32,026 nt of DNA, taken from NCBI GenBank assembly GCA_031372065.1, contig JANMKN010000386.1, positions 1-32,026 on the forward strand, written 5' to 3'. Both the position numbers and the translations under genes were made by a program. This document shows, one piece after another, positions 9,813 to 18,029 of the stretch. Source of the DNA: Abditibacteriaceae bacterium. GTDB taxonomy: Bacteria > Armatimonadota > Abditibacteriia > Abditibacteriales > Abditibacteriaceae. The notes under the pieces were generated by a model, which did no database searches, was not told the origin of the DNA, and worked only from the letters and a program-made list of their open reading frames with translations. Positions within the stretch are counted from its first letter, which is position 1. Every line of letters begins with the position of its first letter.

Positions 9813-9880
9813 GCCCTCACCCCTCTCCCGCGAAGCGCGGGTGCCCTCTGGGCAGGAGGAGAGGAGCCAGGGATGAGGGC
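9813..9880. repeat. REP-like palindromic element (CCCCTCTCCC...GAGAGG..TGAGGG family)
   Basis: GCCCTCACCCCTCTCCCGCGAAGCG...GAGGAGCCAGGGATGAGGGC; alignable with the element at 14120-14169; GCCCTCA pairs with TGAGGGC. Confidence 0.7.
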
Positions 9881-9891
9881 CAGTGAATATC

Positions 9892-12147
9892 TTAAGTCTG
9901 TTGCCCGTAATCGCGATAATAATAATAGCCGCTGCCTTCGCGCGCGTTGGTTTTGTTCAGCACCACGCCAATGACATCGGTGCCCGACTGGGCGAGCAAA
10001 CTCAAACTGCGCGTCACGTCGCGCCGTCCGGTGTCGCGGCTGGAAACGACGAGCAGCGTGGCATCAGCCATTGCAGTGACGACCTGAGCATCGGCCAAGG
10101 CCAAAACGGGCGGCGTGTCCAAGACTACGAAATCGGCCATGCCACGCAGTTCGCTGAGAACTTGCGCGGCGGTGCGCGATTTGAGCAAGCGAATCGGATT
10201 GGGCGGCGTCGGGCCGCTGGCTAAGAGTCGCAGTCCCGCGACATCGGTTTCTTGCAAGGCTTCCTGCAAAGAATGCGCTCCCGTTAGCACATTGCTCAGG
10301 CCAAGCTGATTGGGCAGCGAACAAAGGCGGTGCTGTGTCGGGCGGCGCAGATCGCAATCTACCAAAATGACGCTGCGTCCGCCCAAAGCGGCGGCGATGG
10401 CTAAGTTCAGCGCCGAAGTAGATTTGCCTTCGCTGGGCAGGCCACTGGCGACGGCGATTACGCCAATGGCATCGTCCACTGCCGAAAATTCGATGTTGGT
10501 CGCCAATAATTGAAACGTTTCCAGCAAAAGCGTCGGCGCGGCAGTGGGTTCATAAAGGCTGCTGCCCGCCGTGCGATCTAAATAGGGCACGTTCGCCAAT
10601 ACCGGCAAGTGCGTGATTTGCGTCGCTTCGCGGTCAGTATGCAAGCGGTCATCCAATTGGTCAATCAAAGCCGCGAGGCCAATCGCCAAGACCAAACCGG
10701 CCATTATCGCCAGCACAATGGTGCGCGGCACGTTCGGACGCACTTTCAGCGCGCTGTTGGGCTGCGCGCGGAAAACGATTTCGGCGCTGGCAACGCGCGC
10801 TTGTTCGCTAATGCGCAAGGCTTGAAGGCGCTGGTTGAGTTGGTCGTAAGCGCTTTGCAGCGAGCTAACATCTAAAGTCAGTTGAGTCAAACGCAGTTCG
10901 CGTTCGGGCAAGGCGGCGAGACGGCGGCGCGTTTCGGCTAACGAGTTTTTATAAGCGTGGCCTTGCGCTTCTATGCCCCAAATTTGGCCGCGCAAACGCG
11001 CGATGTCCTGCTGCGCGACCTGCTTGACCGGGCTGAATTCGACGCGCCACGAGGCGGTTTCGGTTTGCGCCTGACTGTTGAGTTTGTTGCGCAAATCGCC
11101 AATTTGCCCGGTGATTTGCACCACGCGGTCACTTTCGGGCGTGAACTCTTGCAATAAGCGAATTTTTTCGGCTTCGAGGCGCGCTAATTCCAGTTTGAGT
11201 GACTCAACTTCGGGCTTGCGGCGGATTTCGACGGGCACAATTTGGGCGGGCGGCAATTCGTGAACCACGCGTCGCGTTTCGGCTAATTGCGCCAGACCCG
11301 CCGCTTTTTGCGCTTTGGCTTCGCGCCAGCTTTGCTCCAAGCGTTGCGTTTGGTCAACCAAGGCATCAGCTTCTTTGGTCAGGTTGAAAACGCCGTTTCT
11401 CTGCTTGTAATCGCGCAGGGCGCGCTGCGATTTATCTAACTTTCGGCGCGCTTCCACAGCCTGCCTTTGCACATAAGCGCGCGTGCCCGTTGTGTTCTGG
11501 CGGTTGTTCGATTGGCTAAAACCCACATAGTAATCGCAAACCGCGTTGGCTAAATCTTCGGCGTCTTTGCCGCTGCGCGCGTGCGATTTCACTTCCATCA
11601 AGTCGGTAGCCGGCACCGAGTCAATCAGCACATCGCCGTTACGGTGCAATTCGGCACGGCGTGGGAAGGAAAAATTAGGATTTGTGTTTATGGCGTCGCG
11701 TGTGATGATGTTGTTGGAAACAATGGCGACCTGCGTTTGCAAAGAGCGCGGCTGACTGGGGCCAAGAGCCTGCGTCAGGATGTCGTTATCGTTTTCGGGC
11801 ACGCGCGCCTGCAAATAAGCCTTGGCTTCGTAAACCGGCGGCGTGAAAATCAGATAAGCCGTCGCCAGCGCCGCTACAAAGAGCAGCGTCAGAAAAATCG
11901 TCCAACGGCGACGCTGGAGAATGGCGGTAATATCGGAAAAGTCGATGGAGTTGCGCCGTTCGGGTTCGGAAGCCCACAACACATAAGGCGCCGCTGCGGC
12001 GCGCCCGCTTGCCGGTGCCACAATGTCGGAGGCGTAAGCGGACGCATTAGCTCTGGTGTTGTGGGATTGGCTTCGACCTTGGCCGCTTTGGTTTCCCGGC
12101 GGAAGTCCCTGACCGGGCGGCGGAGGCGCCATATTCGGATCGTTCAA
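9892..12147 (-). CDS. wzc: Polysaccharide co-polymerase / tyrosine autokinase (Wzc/GumC family)
   Basis: Two TM segments flanking a coiled-coil region, Walker A GLPSEGKST, VDCDLRRP, DTPP and C-terminal tyrosine cluster GYYYYRDY. Start TTG 12147 (GAGGG upstream) or ATG 12132. Confidence 0.9.
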   Translation of the reverse strand: MNDPNMAPPPPGQGLPPGNQSGQGRSQSHNTRANASAYASDIVAPASGRAAAAPYVLWASEPERRNSIDFSDITAILQRRRWTIFLTLLFVAALATAYLIFTPPVYEAKAYLQARVPENDNDILTQALGPSQPRSLQTQVAIVSNNIITRDAINTNPNFSFPRRAELHRNGDVLIDSVPATDLMEVKSHARSGKDAEDLANAVCDYYVGFSQSNNRQNTTGTRAYVQRQAVEARRKLDKSQRALRDYKQRNGVFNLTKEADALVDQTQRLEQSWREAKAQKAAGLAQLAETRRVVHELPPAQIVPVEIRRKPEVESLKLELARLEAEKIRLLQEFTPESDRVVQITGQIGDLRNKLNSQAQTETASWRVEFSPVKQVAQQDIARLRGQIWGIEAQGHAYKNSLAETRRRLAALPERELRLTQLTLDVSSLQSAYDQLNQRLQALRISEQARVASAEIVFRAQPNSALKVRPNVPRTIVLAIMAGLVLAIGLAALIDQLDDRLHTDREATQITHLPVLANVPYLDRTAGSSLYEPTAAPTLLLETFQLLATNIEFSAVDDAIGVIAVASGLPSEGKSTSALNLAIAAALGGRSVILVDCDLRRPTQHRLCSLPNQLGLSNVLTGAHSLQEALQETDVAGLRLLASGPTPPNPIRLLKSRTAAQVLSELRGMADFVVLDTPPVLALADAQVVTAMADATLLVVSSRDTGRRDVTRSLSLLAQSGTDVIGVVLNKTNAREGSGYYYYRDYGQQT

Positions 12148-12321
12148 TCTGCCCTCACTTGACTGCGATGTTTTACAAAATCGGAACGACAGCAGCGCAT
12201 TTCGCGCGTGAGTAAGGTTACTACAATTGACCGCTTTTGCCCCGTTTTGGCTTGCTGGTAAACCGGCAAATAAGAAGCAAATTGGGTTAAAATAGAATCA
12301 ATTCCACAGAGAAGGAAAACC

Positions 12322-13173
12322 ATGAAAAACTTGCGCCGCGCCGCCTTACTGGGCGCCACTTTGATGACTATGAACCATTTTGCGCTGGCCCAAAACGCGG
12401 CCCAAACCGAAAAAGAAGGCTGGAAACTGGTTTGGTCGGACGAATTCGACAAAGACGGCGCGCCCAATCCCGACAATTGGAACGTTGAAACGGGCTTCGT
12501 GCGCAACGAGGAAGATCAATGGTATCAAAGCCAAAATGCGCGCGTGGAAGACGGCAAACTCATCATCGAAGCGCGCAAAGAGCGCCAGCCGAATCCGAAT
12601 TACGAAGCAGGCAGCACCGATTGGAAAAAGAAGCGCGTTTTCGCCGAATACACCTCGGCGAGCCTGTCCACCAATGGCAAGCACAATTGGACGTATGGCC
12701 GTTTTGAAATGCGCGGCAAAATTGATATTTCGCCCGGCCTGTGGCCCGCTTTCTGGACTGTCGGCACGCAGGGCGAATGGCCCGCCAACGGCGAAATAGA
12801 CATCATGGAGTTTTATCGCGGCAATCTGCTGGCGAACATCGCGTGGGGCACCAACAAGCGCTGGAACGCCAAATGGAATTCCAAAAAGAAGCCGATTCTC
12901 GACTTCACCGACCCCGAATGGGCCAGCAAATTCCACATCTGGCGCATGGACTGGGACGACAAATTCATCCGCCTTTATGTGGATGACACGCTGCTCAACG
13001 AGCAGGATTTAAAGCAAACCATCAACGCCGATGGCCGCAATCCCTTTTTGAATGCGCCGCAGTTCATCATTGTGAATCTCGCTTTGGGCGGTCAAAACGG
13101 CGGTGACCCCAGCAAAGCGCCTTATCCCAACCGCTTTGAAGTGGATTATGTGCGCGTTTACCAGAAAAAATAG
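12322..13173 (+). CDS. Secreted glycoside hydrolase family 16 (laminarinase-like)
   Basis: Signal peptide, WKLVWSDEFD, GLWPAFW, catalytic EIDIME, VDYVRVYQ; AAGGA RBS. Confidence 0.93.
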   Translation: MKNLRRAALLGATLMTMNHFALAQNAAQTEKEGWKLVWSDEFDKDGAPNPDNWNVETGFVRNEEDQWYQSQNARVEDGKLIIEARKERQPNPNYEAGSTDWKKKRVFAEYTSASLSTNGKHNWTYGRFEMRGKIDISPGLWPAFWTVGTQGEWPANGEIDIMEFYRGNLLANIAWGTNKRWNAKWNSKKKPILDFTDPEWASKFHIWRMDWDDKFIRLYVDDTLLNEQDLKQTINADGRNPFLNAPQFIIVNLALGGQNGGDPSKAPYPNRFEVDYVRVYQKK

Positions 13174-13188
13174 ATTGGGGATGAGTTC

Positions 13189-13356
13189 CCCTTGAAAAGG
13201 GACGCGCTCCCCTGCGAAAGGGACGCGTGTCCCTACAAAAGGGACGCGTTCCCCTACAAAAGGGACGCGCTCCCCTACAAAAGGGACGCGTTCCCCTACA
13301 AAAGGGGAACGCTCCCCCAGAACAAATTACCGTTCCCCCAGAGCAAATTCTCGTTA
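13189..13356. repeat. 21-bp tandem repeat, 8 units, consensus CCCTACAAAAGGGACGCGYTC
   Basis: Units start at 13189, 13210, 13231, 13252, 13273, 13294, 13315, 13336; central units near-identical, last two diverged. Confidence 0.95.
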
Positions 13357-13379
13357 ATTTCCTGCAAAAACCACCGAAA

Positions 13380-14009
13380 ATGCCACTTCTTGACCTTTCT
13401 CACGCTTTAAAACACGGTTTGCCGAGCTTTCCCGGCGACCCGGAACTGAATATTGAAATCCATTACACAACCGCGATGGAAGCGCGTTGCAACGTCAGCC
13501 GCATTGCGATGGGTTCGCATCAGGGCACGCATTTGGACGCCATGTTTCACTTTGTAGAAACCGGCAAAACGCTCGATCAAATGCCGCTCGACTGGTTTTT
13601 CGGCGCGGCGCGCCTGATTCGCATCCCGAAAGCGGCCAAAGAAGAGATCACAACCGAAGATTTTCAGAAATTCGAGGAATTTTTAGTGCCCGGCGCGCGG
13701 ATTATCTACGAAACCGGCTGGCAAACTGAGTTCGGCCAGCCCCATTTTTTTACCGATTTTCCGTCCATGACACAAGACGCCGCGCGTTATTTGGCTTCGA
13801 AAAAGTTGCGACTTATCGGCATGGACACGCCCACACCCTCACGCGACGGCTTTGAGGTGCATCACATTTTGCTGGGCGCAGAAATGGTCATCGTCGAATC
13901 GCTGGCGAACCTCGATAAAGCGCCCGATACATTCACTTTTATCGGTTTCCCCTTGAATTTTGAAGGCCGCGATGGTTCACCCATCCGCGCTGTGGCTTTT
14001 GTGGAGTAG
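13380..14009 (+). CDS. Cyclase family metal-dependent hydrolase (kynurenine formamidase-like)
   Basis: MPLLDLSH start, HQGTHLDAMFH (HxGTHxDxxxH), GMDTPTP, HHILLG, IVESLANL, DGSPIRAVA. Confidence 0.9.
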   Translation: MPLLDLSHALKHGLPSFPGDPELNIEIHYTTAMEARCNVSRIAMGSHQGTHLDAMFHFVETGKTLDQMPLDWFFGAARLIRIPKAAKEEITTEDFQKFEEFLVPGARIIYETGWQTEFGQPHFFTDFPSMTQDAARYLASKKLRLIGMDTPTPSRDGFEVHHILLGAEMVIVESLANLDKAPDTFTFIGFPLNFEGRDGSPIRAVAFVE

Positions 14010-14011
14010 AT

Positions 14012-14169
14012 TCCCCTCACCCCCGGCCCCTCTCCCCCAATTCGCTGCGCGGGGAGAGGGGAGAGCGAGGCCAACTCTTTTGCCCGTTTAAAATTATTCG
14101 GGGCGCATAAGTTTGGACACCCCTCTCCCCGCGCAGCGAATTGGGGGAGAGGGGCCGGGGGTGAGGGGA
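14012..14169. repeat. Inverted pair of 50-bp REP-like palindromes with 58-bp spacer
   Basis: 14012-14061 is the exact reverse complement of 14120-14169; each copy has an internal CCCCTCTCCCC/GGGGAGAGGGG hairpin; lies between convergent genes. Confidence 0.95.
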
Positions 14170-14192
14170 CAGACGTGAGGGGACAAAATAAA

Positions 14193-15503
14193 TCAATAAA
14201 CGTCGCGCTGATAGCGGCGGGTTTTACTGAGATTTTGAATGTAGTTTTTGGCGCCTGCTTCGTCGAGTTGGCCGTGTTCGCGCGCGATTTGATGCAGCAT
14301 GGCGTCCACGTCTTTTGCCATGCGTTTGGCGTCGCCGCAAACGTAAAAATGCGCGCCTTCTTCGAGCCACTGCCAAATATCGGCGCCGCGCTCTTGCATT
14401 CGCGTTTGAACGTAGATTTTTTCGGACTGATCGCGCGAAAAGGCTAAATCGAGGCGCGAAAGCGAGCCGTCTTGCAAGTGCCCCGCGAGTTCGTCTTGGT
14501 AAAGATAATCGCACGAGGCTTTTTGGTCGCCGAAAAAGAGCCACGCGTGGCCTTTGGCGCCCGTGGCGCGGCGTTCTTGCAAAAAGGCGCGAAAGGGCGC
14601 GATACCGGTGCCGGGGCCAACCATAATAATCGGCGTATCGCCGCTTTCGGGCAAGCGAAAACCGGGCGAAGGATGCACGAAAACGCCCGCTTTGGTGCCG
14701 GAAACCAGCAGCGCCCGGTCGGCTAAAAACGTGGACGCCACGCCGTGTCGCTGCCTTTCGTTGGCGTGCCAGCGCACAACGCCAACCGTGAGATGCACTT
14801 GTGTCGGATTCTCTTTTTGCGACGAAGCAATCGAATACAAACGCGGCTGTAACGGCGTCAGCGAGGCGACAATTTCGGCCAAAGGCGCGTTGCACGAAGG
14901 AAAAGCGCGCAAAATATCCAAAACGTCGCGGTGATCGAGCCAATCTTCGCTGTCGTCCTCGACTAACTGCTTCAAACGCGCGGATTCGCCCTCGTCGTGC
15001 GCGGTTTCGGATAAAAGCAGCAGCAAATCGTCGCTGGGCCGCGAAATATCGTAGCCGATTTGCAGCGCGACGCGCGCCGGAACAATGCGACTTTCCGGCG
15101 TGACAACCGGCTCGAAGCCCGTCGCGCCCAATGTGGACAAGATTTCTTCAACAGTCGCGTGATTATTTTCGGGATAAATGCCCAAGGCGTCGCCGGCTTC
15201 GTAAGTCAGGCCGCTGCCGGTCAAATCAATCGAAATAAAGCGCGTATCTTTTGCCGATTCCTCGCCGCTCAACTTCCGCACTTCCAAAACGTGCGCCGGA
15301 AACGGGTCGTCGCGGCTGTAAATAATTTGCGTCTTTTCCGGCGCGCGGATGACTTTTGCAGCATCAACTTTCGGCGCCGCGCCGTTGGCGCCGTTCGTCG
15401 AAACCGCGCCGTTGGAAACGCCCAAAGTGGACGACAACAAGCCATCCAACCAAGCTCGTTGTTGCAGTGTAAAAGGTGAATTTTCGGGCAGGATGTGAGG
15501 CAT
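14193..15503 (-). CDS. Sulfite reductase flavoprotein-like (CysJ-type FAD/NADPH domain, no flavodoxin domain)
   Basis: RLYSIASS, GVASTFL, MVGPGTGIAPFR, FSRDQSEKIYVQ, YVCGDA, RYQRDVY. ATG 15503 (MPHILPENSPF). Confidence 0.9.
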   Translation of the reverse strand: MPHILPENSPFTLQQRAWLDGLLSSTLGVSNGAVSTNGANGAAPKVDAAKVIRAPEKTQIIYSRDDPFPAHVLEVRKLSGEESAKDTRFISIDLTGSGLTYEAGDALGIYPENNHATVEEILSTLGATGFEPVVTPESRIVPARVALQIGYDISRPSDDLLLLLSETAHDEGESARLKQLVEDDSEDWLDHRDVLDILRAFPSCNAPLAEIVASLTPLQPRLYSIASSQKENPTQVHLTVGVVRWHANERQRHGVASTFLADRALLVSGTKAGVFVHPSPGFRLPESGDTPIIMVGPGTGIAPFRAFLQERRATGAKGHAWLFFGDQKASCDYLYQDELAGHLQDGSLSRLDLAFSRDQSEKIYVQTRMQERGADIWQWLEEGAHFYVCGDAKRMAKDVDAMLHQIAREHGQLDEAGAKNYIQNLSKTRRYQRDVY

Positions 15504-15565
15504 AAGAGTTATGAATGAGCCGCTACGCCTTCGGCGACGCAAAAACGGCGTAAAAACGACGCAAA

Positions 15566-15605
15566 ATTCACAAAAATAGCGTCGGTTTACGCTGTTTTTG
15601 TGAAT
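15566..15605. other. Intergenic 17-bp-stem hairpin (possible internal terminator or processing site)
   Basis: ATTCACAAAAATAGCGT-CGGTTT-ACGCTGTTTTTGTGAAT, 16/17 Watson-Crick pairs. Confidence 0.6.
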
Positions 15606-15627
15606 CGGAGATTAGCGGCTGTTTTTT

Positions 15628-16044
15628 CTAAGCGGCTACCAACTCTTTCAGCTTGGTCGCGGTTTCTTTGCCGCCGGGGATGCATTTTTTCAGGCTTTTT
15701 TCGCTGCCGTCGGCAATGGCCGCTGAATAGGTTTTGCAAAGATAGCCGCACTGCCCGCAATCGAGTTGCGCCATCGCCGCCATGAGTTGCAACGGCTTGG
15801 ATTTGCCCTCGGCCAATTGCATTCGCTCGTCCAAAGGCAAATTGGGGTCGTGCCACGGCGTGTCTTCAACTGTTTCGGGTGCAGAATGCGCGGCGCCGTT
15901 GGAACTGGCGCCGTTCGATGGCAGCGGCGCGGCGCTGGTGTTGGCACCGCTGTCGAGTCCGAATAATCCGGCGAAAAAACCGTTGAGATAAGCGCGCTGT
16001 TCCGGCGAAAACGGTGCGCTGGGCGGGAGAACGGGAATGGACAT
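15628..16044 (-). CDS. Small Fe-S cluster protein (RnfB/FeS-type 4-Cys domain)
   Basis: LDCGQCGYLC...KCIPGG (CxxCxxxC...C) preceded by PWHDPNLPLDERM; located in the operon between nirA and the flavoprotein. Confidence 0.85.
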   Translation of the reverse strand: MSIPVLPPSAPFSPEQRAYLNGFFAGLFGLDSGANTSAAPLPSNGASSNGAAHSAPETVEDTPWHDPNLPLDERMQLAEGKSKPLQLMAAMAQLDCGQCGYLCKTYSAAIADGSEKSLKKCIPGGKETATKLKELVAA

Positions 16045-16053
16045 AACAGCTTT

Positions 16054-17856
16054 CTAAACAACAGCCAATTGGCCTTCAAACAACTCCTGCAACTGCTCAA
16101 TGCTATGGCGGCGCGCCCATTCAACGAAAGGCTCATCGCCATCGCGGTTTTCCATGTAAGAAGTCAGCATCGCTTCGATTTTGAACGGCACTTCGTCGCA
16201 GACGATCTCGGAAAACACTTCGCGTCCGATGCCCGCGTCGTCGCCATAACCGCCACCGATGAAAATCGAAAAGCCGTCCACCATGTCGTCGTCCACTTCG
16301 ACTTTCACACCGAGCAGGCCAATATCGCCGATATAATGCTGCGCGCACGAGTTCGGGCAGCCTGTAACGTGAATATTGACCGGCTGATCGAGTTGAACGC
16401 GCGTTTCAACATATTCAGCGATTTTCAGGGCCGTCGCTTTGGTGTCGGACAGGCCGAATTTGCAGCCGAAACTGCCGGTGCAGGCGATTAAACCGGCGCG
16501 GATGTTGTTGGAATCCCAATGCAAATCCATCGCTTTCAGTTCGCTTTTCACGGTTTCAATGTCGGCCTCGTTGACGTCGGGAATGAGCAGGTTTTGCCAG
16601 ACCGTCAGGCGCATTTCGCGGCTGCCACAGCGGTCGGCTAAATCGGCCAAGCCGCGCATTTGGTCGGGTGACAGCTTGCCGACAGGCAGCACCACGCCAA
16701 CGTAAAATTTGCCGTCCTGCTTTTGCGAATGCACGCCGATATGCGCGTTGCGGATGGTTTTCGGGCGCGCCTTGCAGTTTTCAAGCGGAAACGAAATCGC
16801 CTCGAACGAAAGATATTTCTTGGCCAGATTCATCACGCCATCCAAACCGAGGCGGTCAATGACGTATTTGAGGCGCGCTTTTTTGCGGTCGGTGCGGTCA
16901 CCTTCGTCAATGAAAACGCGCACAATCGCGGCGGCCATCGGCACGCATTGTTCGGGCGCCACCATGAGGCCGGTGTCGCGCGCAAAGTCCTGATGGCCAG
17001 TAATTCCTCCGACTAAAACGCGAAAATAGGTGCCTTCGGGCACGCTTTGGCCCGCGCCGACGCGCACCGCTTGAAAACCGATATCGTTGGTGTCTTCCAG
17101 CGTGTGAACTGTGCCGCCGCCATCGAAAGCGATGTTGAATTTGCGCGGCAGGCCATACATTTCGCGGTGGTTGAGAATGTAATGGTTCATGGCGCGCGTG
17201 AGAGGCCGCGTGTCAATCAGTTCCTGCGCGTCAATGCCCGCCGTGACGCTGCCGGTGATGTTGCGAATATTGTCGGCACCGGAGCCTTTATTGACGATTC
17301 CTGCTTCATGCAACTGCTCCAATACAATCAAGGCATCGTCCGCTTGAATTTCCCTAATTTGCAGGTTCGAGCGCGTGGTAACGTGCGCGTAATTGCCGCC
17401 TTGGTTTTCGGCGATATTCGCCACCACGCGCATCTGCGCCGAAGTGATGACGCCATTGGGAAAACGCAGGCGCGTCATGTAGGAATTTTGCACCGGCGCG
17501 ACGTAAAACAGGCCGTGATACTTGAACGACAGCACATCGAGGCCTTTAGGGAACTTGTTTTCTGCCGCGTGCTGCGCGATGTCGTCCCATTGATCGAGCG
17601 GATGCACGACACGCTTGGCTTCTTCCTGCTCGGTCAGCTTTTTTCCTGCCGCAATCGCCTCGTTTTGCGCTTCCCAGCCGTATTTATCGGGCGTCGGCGG
17701 CCCGGAGTCGTGGTTGGCGTGACTGTTTGACGCGCCATTGAGGTTCAAACTTCCGCTTAAAGTCGGCAAGCCTTTCGAAGAGCGCGCCAAATTGGCACCG
17801 CTCAAAAATCCCTGCAAATATTGCTTTTGTTCTTCTGTGAAATCGTGGTTTTCCAT
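16054..17856 (-). CDS. nirA: Siroheme/[4Fe-4S] nitrite (or sulfite) reductase, NirA family
   Basis: RLRFPNG, TTRSNLQIR, DNIRNI, LPRKFNIA, ACTGSFGC and TGCPNSCAQH ligand motifs. Substrate (nitrite vs sulfite) is inferred, not proven. Confidence 0.85.
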   Translation of the reverse strand: MENHDFTEEQKQYLQGFLSGANLARSSKGLPTLSGSLNLNGASNSHANHDSGPPTPDKYGWEAQNEAIAAGKKLTEQEEAKRVVHPLDQWDDIAQHAAENKFPKGLDVLSFKYHGLFYVAPVQNSYMTRLRFPNGVITSAQMRVVANIAENQGGNYAHVTTRSNLQIREIQADDALIVLEQLHEAGIVNKGSGADNIRNITGSVTAGIDAQELIDTRPLTRAMNHYILNHREMYGLPRKFNIAFDGGGTVHTLEDTNDIGFQAVRVGAGQSVPEGTYFRVLVGGITGHQDFARDTGLMVAPEQCVPMAAAIVRVFIDEGDRTDRKKARLKYVIDRLGLDGVMNLAKKYLSFEAISFPLENCKARPKTIRNAHIGVHSQKQDGKFYVGVVLPVGKLSPDQMRGLADLADRCGSREMRLTVWQNLLIPDVNEADIETVKSELKAMDLHWDSNNIRAGLIACTGSFGCKFGLSDTKATALKIAEYVETRVQLDQPVNIHVTGCPNSCAQHYIGDIGLLGVKVEVDDDMVDGFSIFIGGGYGDDAGIGREVFSEIVCDEVPFKIEAMLTSYMENRDGDEPFVEWARRHSIEQLQELFEGQLAVV

Positions 17857-18029
17857 CGTTACTTTCGCTTTTCGTCACTAAGTAATATGAGCCACAGGTG
17901 TTTCAAAGTCCCCGCGCAGCAGATTAATCTTGCGTAATTTTTGCATTTCCAATTTGTTTCAGAGAATTCATTTTGTGGGCGTTAAAACCTTGCGCCGAAA
18001 GCGTCAGGACGCTATAAACATTGAACATC

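Noticed and set aside
13189..13356. Possible CRISPR array
   Set aside because: Units are contiguous with no unique spacers, and no cas genes are in the window.
15504..15627. Frameshifted or pseudogenised single cysJ-like gene
   Set aside because: Both parts have their own start and N-terminal motif and intact catalytic or ligand residues.
17857..18029. Nitrogen-regulatory sites (sigma54, GlnR, ANTAR hairpins) upstream of nirA
   Set aside because: No convincing consensus match by eye.
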